Positions 52,633 to 62,567 of a stretch of 64,000 bases of DNA are shown one piece after another (position 1 is the first letter of the stretch; the number at the start of each line of letters is the position of its first letter). Below the pieces are notes generated by a model. That model worked only from the letters and a program-made list of their open reading frames with translations. It was not told the origin of the DNA and did no database searches. The stretch is taken from NCBI GenBank assembly GCA_963827655.1, contig CAWHCF010000001.1, positions 1-64,000 on the forward strand. The letters run 5' to 3'. This DNA comes from an uncultured Acidobacteriota bacterium (GTDB lineage: Bacteria; Acidobacteriota; UBA6911). The translations under genes and the position numbers were made by a program.

Positions 52633-53371
52633 GTGACCAAGTTCAGGATTACGCTTGCGCTCGCGTTTCTCTTCGTTCTGGCATCGACTGCCGCGGCTGG
52701 CACTCTGACGGCGAGCACCGGCACGGTTACCCCTGGCGGCCCTGTTACGGTGACCTGGAGTGACGTTACTGGTCCAACAATTTTGGACTGGATGGGACGG
52801 TACGTCCAGGGAGCCCCCGACGGGGCATACGATGACTATGTATTCACCAGCACTTGCACGCACGATCGGGGCATCACTCCTACTGTCGTCGGGCTCGTGT
52901 ACCTTCGCGATGCCAACCACGCCCGGCACATATGAATTTCGGCTGTATGCGACCAACGGCAGCACTTTGCTGGCGAGGTCCGGTCCAGTCCAAGTGTCCA
53001 CTGCCTCCGCTCCTCCCCCAGGTCCTTCCCAAAGTGTCGGCGGCGCCAGGATCGTCACCTACACCACGAGTACTACGCTCACGGCGGACGATGTCAGTCG
53101 CTCCATTATCAACAACGGTGGGGCTAGCGCTCCCATCACACTGAACCTGCCCGCCTCCGATGTTGGCAATGTGGTTACGGTCTACATAATTGCTGGCCAG
53201 CCGATCACGATCAACCCGAGCGGAACGGAACGAATCCAGATCCTAACGAACGCGAACGGCGACGCGATCCAGAGCGACACCTTGCGCGGAACCATGATTA
53301 CCCTCGTTTGCCATGTACGTGGCTCATGGGAACCCATGGGCCAGATAGGAACATGGTTTGATGTCAATTAA
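52633..53371 (+). CDS. secreted protein: Ig-like domain plus C-terminal beta domain; frameshift ~52880
   Basis: GGAGG + GTG; signal peptide; VTVTW...DWMGRY...GTYEFRLY, then ITLNLPAS...ITINPSG...GTWFDVN. Confidence 0.75.
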
Positions 53372-53639
53372 AAAAGTTCTACTTCTCCCTTGCCTGCTTA
53401 TAACAAATCTGTCTGTGGCATGGTCGACGACTTTCTTGGTCCGTCCTGGAGGCATGGGTTCGATTTGCACACAGTACGTAGCGGATGTCGGTCAGACACT
53501 TATGCCGGCCGGGACGCAGTACGGCACCCTTCCTGGAATGACGCAGCCCGCGCCGTTCCCTCGGTATTACCTGACTAACAATCCGGACCGCGGCTGGCTT
53601 CCGTGGCCGGCGTTCTGTATGGGGGCGATACTTCCTTGA
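53361..53639 (+). CDS. small secreted protein made of the N- and C-terminal caps of the downstream beta-helix protein
   Basis: Signal peptide + TTFLVRPGGMGSICTQY joined to DVGQT..AGTQYGTLPGMT..PDRGWLPWP; overlaps both neighbours. Confidence 0.65.
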   Translation: MSIKKVLLLPCLLITNLSVAWSTTFLVRPGGMGSICTQYVADVGQTLMPAGTQYGTLPGMTQPAPFPRYYLTNNPDRGWLPWPAFCMGAILP

Positions 53640-55560
53640 ATAAACGCACGTTTGACAACTTGATTCTCACCCTCGGTTTGATCCTGATCGTTCTGGTGGG
53701 CGAGTCGCGCGCAGCTACTTACTTCGTCCGAAGTGGAGGAACCGGCATAAATTGCACGCAGTATCAGACGGTCGGCACGGCGAGTGGAACAATCCAAGCG
53801 GCTATAAATTGCACATCAACCGGAGGCGACGTCGTAGATATAGGCCCGGGCGTGTTCCACGAACGCGTAACCTTCCCGGCCAGCGGCAGCGTCGGCAACC
53901 CGATCATCGTGCGTGGCGCGCTGGATCCGGCAGGAGGTTTACTGACAACTGTCGACGGCACAAGCGCTATAACCGGCACATGGCAGCTGGCGAACGATAC
54001 GCAAAACGTCGACGCCTGCGGTGGATCTTTTTGCCGGCACGGCTACACTTTCCGGCTCGGGGACATACCGTATCAACACACCTTCCAGTGAACCTTGGCA
54101 TATCCAGGAGGGAACCGGAAAAAAGCTACTACGCATTTCCAACCAATGGATGAACGGCACCAGGGACTACAACAACTATTGCCGCTCAGGATTTGAGTTT
54201 TTGAACAAGCCGTCCAATTTTATCGATGACGTTGATTGGGGCGTTAGCTATTGGGACGGGATAGAGGCACTTTGGGGTTACAGTTCAGCAACTGGTTACA
54301 CTTATGTTCGGTATAGAGACGGGACAAACCCAGGCACGAAGAACCTGCGATGGGCACCGGGTGGGGAGTATGATTTTGAAAGTAGTTCCGTAGTCGAAAT
54401 CAACGCAAGGTCGAATATCACGATCTCGAACCTGATCATACAGGGTGCGCTGAACGGTGTTCTGATACGGGGTGGCGGCAACCAAGGGGAGGGAACTACC
54501 GCCGACAACAACACCGTGCAAGGCTGCACAATTCGCAATTTCGAATATGGTGTGCTGGTCTACGGACGAACAGACAATACCAAAGTTCTTTCTTGCGACC
54601 TGCGTTCCGGCCTGCTCGGCATGTCAGGTTTTCAACCGGTTGCTTGGCAACCGGTTTCGACGATCTCGACGGATCCCGTCTATCCATATAATCGGAGTGT
54701 GAGCTGGCACATGTATGCCATGATGAAGTTCATGAACGATAAGTCTTACAGTATCAGGCATCCGGGCGTTGCGATCCACCCCGGCATTATGAACAGGGTC
54801 TTTCCTGTTGAGCCGACAAACATTGAAATTGCCTACAATGAGATGACCGAGCTCAACTACGGCGTGGACATGCTCGGAGGAGATGGGATCGACATTCACC
54901 ACAACACGGCGCACAACAACGTGGACATCGGCTTTCAGCGGTCTCCGAGCTCCACCGGCGGCACGCAATATAAAGATCCACGACAACGATGTGTGGGAGC
55001 AGAAATATACTCTCTTCAGGTGGCATTCTGCCAATCAATCTGCCGGCGACAACTACATTTACCGGAATCGAGTTTCTGCTCTTGACAGAGTCGGTGTGCA
55101 CTGTTTCCTCCCCAGCCAGATTGGTTCCGGACCTCAGGTTTCAGAGCTGAACATATGGTTTTATCACAATTCTTTCTCGGGAGGTGCTACCGTCTGGGAG
55201 CTTGACAAAATCATAAGCATGCCTGGGTTTCGCGCTGTTAATAACGTGATTTCTCACTCCGGCAACACAGCCATTGATTCCGGTTGGCTCACGATGGGTG
55301 TATTCGATTACAACATCATGAGCGCGAACCTTGGAGTCGGCGGTCCTTGGTATGGCGGCAATAATATAACAGGGATGCCGGCCATCTGGTCAACGAGTCA
55401 GATCGAGAAAAACTTTGTCCTGCCGGCCAGTCATGCTGCGCGAAATTCCGGAGTGGATGTGGGACAGGTATTCACCGCAGCTGGCACACAATATCCTGCC
55501 CTACCGGGCATGACACCAACGCCGCAACCTGATCGTGGCTGGCTAAAGTGGCCCCCATAG
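53636..55560 (+). CDS. secreted right-handed parallel beta-helix protein (pectin-lyase-like); frameshifts ~54030-54090 and ~54960
   Basis: ATYFVRSGG, TIQAAIN, IGPGVFHERV, SGSVGNPIIVRG, NITISNLII, NNTVQGCTIRN, IDIHHN, YIYRN, FYHNSF. Confidence 0.8.
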
Positions 55561-55833
55561 AATTAGCGGTGTAGGTACGGCTTTTTGAAGGGAAATGATG
55601 AATACGCAACTCGCGTTTTCTTTGCATCTTTGCATGTTCGAGGTTAATGCTGTTAATGCGACTTTACGATTAAGTCAGGGAGATTGCCGGCTGAGCGAGG
55701 AAGCCCTGCGTTCCTGAACTCTCGCCGGCCGTGAAGTGGGAACGGTTTCATCGGCGATATCCGTCAAATTCCGATTGACGGGCAGTTGGCCATTTTAACC
55801 ATAATTCGCAGCCCAGGGTACTTGGGAGTGTGT

Positions 55834-58239
55834 ATGACGGAATTAAGGAAATATACGGGGAAAGCTTCCGGGTGGTTTGTCTATCTATTTCTGGCCGTAG
55901 GTTCTCACAACATCATCGCCGGGTGGTTGCATGCACAGCCGGTGTCTTTCGTCACCGCCAGGAGGTTCAGTGCCGGCTCGGGTCCCGTATCAGTTGGCGT
56001 GGGCGACTTCAATCAGGATGGAAATCGGGACCTGGCAGTGGCCAACAGCGGTTCCAACAATGTCTCGGTGCTTCTGGGCAATGGCAATGGAACGTTCCAG
56101 CCGGCGGTCAATTTCCCGGTCGGCGGATCCCCGAATTCCGTCGTCGTGAGTTACTTCAATGGCGACTCGATTCAAGATCTCGCCGTGGCGAGCTCCGTGA
56201 GTTCGACGTCTACGAGTGTTTCAGTGCTCCTGGGCAATGGCAATGGAACGTTTCGGCCGGCGATGAGCTTTCCTGCCGGCGGATTAGGCCTTCCCATGAC
56301 CTACGGTGATTTCAATAATGACACCTTTCAGGATGTGGTCATCGGCTCGATCTCACCGTTCATGAATGGCGTAGTGCTCCTCGGAAACGGAAACGGCACA
56401 CTTCGGCCACCCCTGAACGCTCCCATTGGGGGCAGTTCTCTGGTCGCGGGCTACTTCAATAACGATGGAATTCTGGACATTGCAGACGTCGCCTCAATAT
56501 CTAACAGGATCCGGGTGCACGTCGGTAACGGAGACGGAACGTTCCGGTCACCCCTGTTTTCTCCTGGCGTCCAAGCTCCTCGAACACTAGAGTTGGGCCA
56601 CTTTAATCGCGATGTCATCGCGGATCTGGTCGTGGCCGACGTTGACTCGGGCGATGTGGGCATACTTCTGGGCAATGGAGATGGAACATTTCGACCTGGC
56701 GGATTTTCTGGCCTTCTCTTGCCTGGTCCCTTCGCTGTAGACGACTTCAATGGTGATACCATCGATGATCTGGCCCACAGTTCTGGCGGGGGGGTTGGTG
56801 TAGCGCTAGGCCGAGGAGACGGATCGTTCCGTCGGCCATTCATAAGCACTGCTGCCTCTGGTTCTTTCTTCGCAGTGGGTGAGTTCAATAGCGATGGGCA
56901 CAAGGATCTCGTGACGACCGACGGCGACGGAGTGACGATCTTGCTCGGTTGGGGCGATGGGACGTTCCGGGGGTCTTGGAACTATGACCTCGGGACGGAA
57001 TTGAGACCTCTTAGCGCTTTTTTAAGGCCGATGGTCACGCGCGGTGATTTCAATCGCGATGGCATTCAAGATCTCGCGATTGCGATCCCTGGTATTCCCG
57101 GTAGAATCTCGGTATTTCTGGGCAACGGAGATGGATCACTTCGCTGGTTATACGACTTTGGGGCTGGCGGCGCCGACTCTCTCGAAGTGGGTGACTTCAA
57201 CGGCGATGGGATTCAGGATCTTGTGATCTCCGACGCGCTATTCCTGGGTAATGGGAATGGCACATTCCAGCCAGCAATAAACTTCCCCGGTGTCGATGCT
57301 CCTTCTGGCATCGCAGTGGGCTTCCTGAATGGAGACGGGTTTCTGGACCTTGCAGTGGTGAGCCGTTCTGCCAGCAGTATTACGGTGCTGCTCGGTAATG
57401 GGAATGGGACATTCCGGCCGCCATTGTCGTTTAATACTGGGGCTCCTGTGCGTTTTCCTGAAAAAAGATCTGTCGCCCTGGGCGATCTTAACCGCGATGG
57501 CAGTCTAGACCTGGTGGTCACCAACTCCTCTGCCGGCAGTATCACGGTGCTGGTCGGGAATGGAGATGGCACGTTCCGGGCGCCATTACTCTTTGATACC
57601 GGCAGAGAACCTGTTGCCGTTGCCGTTGGGGATTTCAATAGGGATCAATTCCTGGATGTCGCCGTGGCCAGTCCCGCTATTGGCATCCTGGTGCTCCTGG
57701 GCAATGGGAATGGAACCTTACGCATCCCGTCAAACCTTGGTAGGAGTGCTGACGCCATCACACGGGGCGATTTCAATAGCGATGGGATTGACGATCTGGC
57801 GGTGACCGGCTCTTCCTTACCCGGCACCCTGGTGCTCCTCGGCAATGGGGATGGAACGTTCCAGCCGGCGGTGATTTTTGAGACGGCTAACGGCTCTTCA
57901 CTCCTCGTTGGCGATTTCAGCGGGGACGGCCGTCCAGACCTTGCGATCGTCGGCAATCTGGACGCTTTCTTCTTCCGTATCAATACGCTCTCGGTGCTGA
58001 TCAATAACACTCCTGATCCGCGCCTGACACTGGAGCCCCTGGAATCTGACCGCGCACAAGCTCGCGTTCCGCTGTCTTGGTCAATTTTGTTCCGGAGAAT
58101 TAACCGCGAAGACGCGAAGCGCAGCCGTGAGGCCGCGAATCAAAAGAAAAAAAGCACCGCAGAGACGCCGAGGGCGCAGAGAAACGCAGAGTCTTTCACT
58201 CTTTCTCTTGGCGAGCTTTTCTGTCATGAACTGCCCTAA
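55834..58239 (+). CDS. FG-GAP/VCBS repeat beta-propeller protein; true stop probably ~58016
   Basis: ~13 repeats of GDFNxDGxxDLAV...VLLGNGNGTF; after INNTP the ORF reads into repeat DNA. Confidence 0.9.
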   Translation: MTELRKYTGKASGWFVYLFLAVGSHNIIAGWLHAQPVSFVTARRFSAGSGPVSVGVGDFNQDGNRDLAVANSGSNNVSVLLGNGNGTFQPAVNFPVGGSPNSVVVSYFNGDSIQDLAVASSVSSTSTSVSVLLGNGNGTFRPAMSFPAGGLGLPMTYGDFNNDTFQDVVIGSISPFMNGVVLLGNGNGTLRPPLNAPIGGSSLVAGYFNNDGILDIADVASISNRIRVHVGNGDGTFRSPLFSPGVQAPRTLELGHFNRDVIADLVVADVDSGDVGILLGNGDGTFRPGGFSGLLLPGPFAVDDFNGDTIDDLAHSSGGGVGVALGRGDGSFRRPFISTAASGSFFAVGEFNSDGHKDLVTTDGDGVTILLGWGDGTFRGSWNYDLGTELRPLSAFLRPMVTRGDFNRDGIQDLAIAIPGIPGRISVFLGNGDGSLRWLYDFGAGGADSLEVGDFNGDGIQDLVISDALFLGNGNGTFQPAINFPGVDAPSGIAVGFLNGDGFLDLAVVSRSASSITVLLGNGNGTFRPPLSFNTGAPVRFPEKRSVALGDLNRDGSLDLVVTNSSAGSITVLVGNGDGTFRAPLLFDTGREPVAVAVGDFNRDQFLDVAVASPAIGILVLLGNGNGTLRIPSNLGRSADAITRGDFNSDGIDDLAVTGSSLPGTLVLLGNGDGTFQPAVIFETANGSSLLVGDFSGDGRPDLAIVGNLDAFFFRINTLSVLINNTPDPRLTLEPLESDRAQARVPLSWSILFRRINREDAKRSREAANQKKKSTAETPRAQRNAESFTLSLGELFCHELP
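58102..58191 (+). repeat. composite repeat; right boundary of the island
   Basis: AACCGCGAAGACGCGAAG...GCCGTGAGGC...CAAAAGAAAAAAAGCACCGCAGAGACGC...CGCAGAG. Confidence 0.85.
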
Positions 58240-58417
58240 AAAACATTGCGTCGCATAGGAGCTCGACCAAAGGACCGAGACAACGCCAATCCTTCGCGGT
58301 CGGCGAAAGAGAATCGACCAACGCTGGCGCCGTGGAACGAATCGGCGCCGCTAAATAAAGACGCTGCCTAGAGCCGCTCCGAGTAATCGCTCTTTCCGAA
58401 GTAGAGTCCCAAGCCAT

Positions 58418-58537
58418 TCCCTTGCCGTAGGCTTGTTGAGCGGCGACGGCCGTCCAGACATCGCGGTCGCTGGTTCTCGCCAGTTTGTGGGTAATCGTTT
58501 CCACAAGCTCTCGGTGCTGGTCAACAACACTCCATAG
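58418..58537 (+). pseudogene. orphan 3' end of a paralogous FG-GAP gene (39 codons + stop)
   Basis: SLAVGLLSGDGRPDIAVAGSRQFVGNRFHKLSVLVNNTP-stop aligns without gaps to 57898-58017. Confidence 0.85.
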
Positions 58538-58582
58538 CGTTTCTTCGTGTCTCTTCTGTTTTGTTTTTGCATCTTGCATGAT

Positions 58583-60870
58583 TCATGTGAGAGCTTTCTC
58601 GCCGGCGGCTGGATTGGATGTCTCAAAAATGACCTTCTTGAATCGCTGGTACAGGAATGAAACTGCAAGGAGCAGGCACCCCAGACTGATGAACGAAAGG
58701 ACTCGGTACAGCGTTCGCAGAGTCCATATGTCGACCGAGAAGACTTTGACGATCGCCACGAAAAAGAGCGCAATACCGAACAGCCGGATCGGACGATAGC
58801 GATAAAAAATTCCGGCTGCAACCGCTGCAATGGAATACACACTCCAGAGCAGCGACAAGCTCAGTTGCCGGCTGTTCCTCACCTGTGCGGCCAGCGAACC
58901 AAACTGGGACGCACTCACCTCTTCCCGCCCGGCGGCAGAGCAAGGTGGCGCAATCGGTCTTCATGGTACGCCCACGACTCCTGGGTGATGAGAAAAACAG
59001 TGACCCCATTCGCCAGCAGAATCAGCCCGGTGTGCACTGGTCGCTCCCAGCGTTCCGTGCTCGAAAAGGTTTCGGCGGTAAAACATCGCCATCAAGTAGA
59101 CGGCCGCGATGGCGGCCAGGAAAGAGAATACGCGGCGGTTAAAGACAAGCGTATATCGCGAGAGGGGCTCGAAAGCGTCCCAGGCAAAGAGCCTGAACAA
59201 GCAGAGGACCAGGACGGCAAATGCAGCCTGCCGGATCCGGACCGACGCAATCCGGAAACCGATCCAGATCAGCACAACCGATTCCGCAGCCCAGCTCAGC
59301 GTGATCCAGTTCTGCTCGAGCTCGATCGGAATCGAGAGCGTGACCAATGTGACCGAAACCCCGATAAAGGCAAGCGCCGCCGTACTCCTCTCGCGGTCGC
59401 GGCTCAGAAGCGGGCGGCGTAAAGGTAGACCAGAGCGAGCGCCAGGGCAAAGGAACCCATCCAGGCGTGGTACTCCGACCAGCGGAGTACGCGGTAGCTG
59501 GCGCCGTAGTAGCCGAGTCCCGTGCCCAGGACGACCAGGATCTCCAGTAAATCGGCCGGGAAGACCGACCAGAGTCTCCCGAGAATACTCTGCAGTAGAA
59601 ACGCCAGGAATACTCCAGTGAGCAGGGCGAAAACGAGCAGCCGATCCGGCTCGCGAAAGTCAACCGCGATCCAGAAAGCGATCCCGAGAGCATTCAGGAC
59701 GAAGACACCCGGGGCGATTCGATTCGTTCGAACGCGCAGGCTGGCGCTCAAGGCCACTGCGTCAAAGATCAGCAAAAACCACCAGTAGTATTCCGGATCA
59801 TGGCCTAGAACCGCCTGCGTAGAGATGAAAAAGAGCACCACCGCTGTGGCTTCCAGCAACCCAGGGCTTTTTGCCTTTTCCAACCGGCGTCGCAGGGCTT
59901 CGCAAAGACAAACATAAAGGACAACAAAGAGGACCAGGAAGATCTCGGTCGTCCACAGCGCGTCACGAGTGTAGAAGCGATTACCCCAGTGCCAGAACAA
60001 CCCGACCGTGCCAATGAAGCTCAGCACATTGAGAAAGGGCCAGCTACGCCACAGTGCCAGCAGCCCCATTCCGCCGTCGAGAATCAAGAGGTAACCGAGC
60101 AGTCCTATCTGGTTGTTGGTGTCGGTGCTCAGCCAGTAGGGCGTCAGGATGCCCCCCAGGACTCCAAGAACGGCAAGTGTCTTGCTGGAGTAGCGAGCCG
60201 ACAACAGGCTGGCCGCCGCGGTGACAAGCGCCATCAAGAAGAGCGCCGACGCCTGGGGAAGCAAGGAGTAGAAATTGAAAGACGCATAGAGCGACAGGTA
60301 GAGAATCGAGATGCCGCCGCCCGCGACCGCCTGGCCGTAGAGTTTGTATCCCTTCTTCTGAAAGCGCTCACCGGCATACAGGAACGCCAGACCGGAGAAC
60401 GATCCGATAAGCACACGCCCGCCATCGCCAATCCAGCGATTGTCGAAAGCCAGCTTGAGAAAGTAGAGGCAGCCCAGGACGATGGCGAATATGCCGATCA
60501 TCAAGAGCCAGTTGCCGCCGACCAGCGCCTCGAGCTCCGGAGAACCGCGCGGCCGTGGCGGCGGGGTGCATGTTGCGGGAGAAGGCGTGTCACCAGCCAT
60601 CGGCGGCATGGAAGGGGGATGAAATGGCGCCTCACTCTCACTGCGCAGGCCAGCCGGAATCGATGCCTCGGGAGTCTCAACCGCCGCTGATTGAGGGGGT
60701 GACGTCTCGACTTCTCGTTGCCGGCGTTCGACGAGAGAGCGCAGGTTTTCTATTTCGGACCGCAGCCAGGAGACCTGGGCTTCGAGGTTGGCAAACTTTC
60801 TGCTGTACCACAGAATCAGCAGCGCAAGGGCGATTCCCACAAAACCCAGAAAGGCGAACTCAAGCATCAC
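58583..60870 (-). CDS. DUF2339-like multipass membrane protein; several frameshifts (58900-59420)
   Basis: LEALVGGNWL, LKLAFDNRWIG, AGGGISILYLSLYA, WITLSWAAE, KVFSVDIW, YRVLSFISLG. Confidence 0.85.
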
Positions 60871-60894
60871 GAAGCCGCTTCCCTTTCGAAAAGT

Positions 60895-60972
60895 GTTGGC
60901 GTTTCTTCGTGTCTCTGTGTCCTGGTGGTGTTAGTTACGCAGCGACAACCACGAAGACACGAAGACACAAAG
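60895..60972. repeat. dispersed repeat family copy (most complete palindromic form)
   Basis: GGCGTTTCTTCGTGTCTCTGTGTCCTGGTGGTGTTAGTTACGCAGCGACAACCACGAAGACACGAAGACACAAAG. Confidence 0.9.
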
Positions 60973-60980
60973 ATCGATCT

Positions 60981-62369
60981 CTACGGTTGCCGCACAAACT
61001 GGGCATTGCGAGCGTCCAGCGCCCGGAAGAGCGCGTCGCGGACCTTGTCGTACTGAGCAGGAATTTCAATTGGCGGGTTGGCAAAGCGGGATTCTACGTC
61101 CGGGATCTCCGAGGCGTGATACTGGGTCTTGAAGCCGGTGAATTTCAGGCCGTGGGCCGTCGAGATTACCACGACCCGCGACCCGCGCGGCACTTCGCCA
61201 TGACGGATCAGTTTCTTGAGCGCCGCCAGAGCCACGCCAGTATGCGGGCAGTTGTAAAGGCCCGTGAGATCCCCCTCGGCAGCCGCTTCGGCCAGTTCAT
61301 CCTCGGACGCCTGTTCAACCGATCCGTTGAATTGCTTCAGCACGCGAATCGCTTTTTTGATGCTGACCGGGTTGCCGATCTGGATGGCGCTCGCCATCGT
61401 TGGCTTGGCAGAAACGCCTTCGATGGAGCTGAATCCCCGGAGATAGCTGCGATAGAGCGGATTGGCATTCTCGGCCTGGGCACAGACAATACGCGGCAAC
61501 CGATCAATCAAACCAACGGCCTGCATGATGAGAAAACCCTGCCCCAGAGCGCTGACATTCCCCAGGTTGCCGCCCGGAATGACAATCAAGTCGGGCACTC
61601 CCCAGTCGAACTGCTGGCACAGCTCGAAGCTGATGGTTTTTTGCCCCTCGACCCGCAGCGAGTTCATCGAGTTCGCCAGGTAGATATTGTGCTTGCTGGT
61701 GATCTCCCGGACGATCTTCATGCAACCGTCGAAATCGGTGTCGATTGCCAGCGTGATCGCTCCATGGGCCAGAGGCTGCACGAGTTGAGCGTGGGAGACC
61801 TTGTTTTTGGGCAGGAAGACAATTGCCGGGATCCCCGCGGCAGCGCAATATGCGGCCAGCGCCGCCGAAGTATCTCCCGTGGAAGCGCAGGCGACGGCCG
61901 GAATATCCTTCCCCTCATGCCGCATCTGCTTCACCATGCTCACGAGCACGGTCATGCCCAGATCCTTGAACGATCCAGTGTGGCTATTACCGCATTGCTT
62001 GATCCAAAGGTCCTCGACCCCCCAGCGGTACCCGAGCTGTTCGGCCCAGAAAAGATTGCTTCCACCCTCGCAAGTGGACACGATGTTTTCATCCAGGATG
62101 TCCGGGCAGACAAATTCTTTCTTGCCCCAGACTCCCGACCCGTAAGGCCAGAAGGTGGTCATGAACCGGCTGTCGAATATGTTCTTCCACTCTTCTGGAG
62201 AAGTCATTCTCAGGGGCACTGGATCGTGTATGACTTCCAGCAAGTCATTGCACTTCGGACACTGGTAAATGATCTCGTTGAGGGCGTATTCACCGGGGCA
62301 GCCGCTGATGCACCGAAAGATCGCTCGATATCGCGCCCCAGGGTTGGGGTATTTCAGTGGTATAGGCAT
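60981..62369 (-). CDS. thrC: threonine synthase
   Basis: [10 protein letters not shown] (PLP lysine), [39 protein letters not shown]. Confidence 0.95.
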   Translation of the reverse strand: MPIPLKYPNPGARYRAIFRCISGCPGEYALNEIIYQCPKCNDLLEVIHDPVPLRMTSPEEWKNIFDSRFMTTFWPYGSGVWGKKEFVCPDILDENIVSTCEGGSNLFWAEQLGYRWGVEDLWIKQCGNSHTGSFKDLGMTVLVSMVKQMRHEGKDIPAVACASTGDTSAALAAYCAAAGIPAIVFLPKNKVSHAQLVQPLAHGAITLAIDTDFDGCMKIVREITSKHNIYLANSMNSLRVEGQKTISFELCQQFDWGVPDLIVIPGGNLGNVSALGQGFLIMQAVGLIDRLPRIVCAQAENANPLYRSYLRGFSSIEGVSAKPTMASAIQIGNPVSIKKAIRVLKQFNGSVEQASEDELAEAAAEGDLTGLYNCPHTGVALAALKKLIRHGEVPRGSRVVVISTAHGLKFTGFKTQYHASEIPDVESRFANPPIEIPAQYDKVRDALFRALDARNAQFVRQP

Positions 62370-62567
62370 ACAGGATCTGAATCAGTATCGATCGAGCATG
62401 ATTCTACCCTATTTTGTTTCTTTGTAGCCTGGTGTCTCTTCGTGTCTCAGCTAATCAGCGGTCAGCCGTCAGTTCCCGCATCAGCGCCGCAACAGCTTCA
62501 CAGGTGCTTGCCTGCAGGGTGGGTGGCGGGGTAACCTTGCTCTCATCCCGAACGGAAAGTAACGCTA

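Noticed and set aside
55834-58017. Internal nucleotide repeats in the FG-GAP gene as a DNA repeat array
   Set aside because: They simply encode the protein's beta-propeller blade repeats.
58018-58239. C-terminal extension of the FG-GAP protein
   Set aside because: It translates repeat DNA (REDAKRSREAA...); the paralogous fragment stops at NNTP, so a missed stop near 58016 is more likely.
57898-58537. DGR template/variable repeat pair
   Set aside because: Differences are not confined to adenines, many are synonymous third-position changes, and no reverse transcriptase is nearby.
4235-62452. Repeat family as a CRISPR array or integron attC array
   Set aside because: Copies are dispersed, degenerate and in both orientations, with no regular spacers, cas genes, intI or consistent RYYYAAC/GTTRRRY ends.
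60555-62534. 659-aa plus-strand ORF and similar long antisense ORFs (39127-40503, 46873-47949, 44546-45607, 23684-24700)
   Set aside because: Shadow ORFs opposite well-supported genes in high-GC DNA, with no protein motifs.
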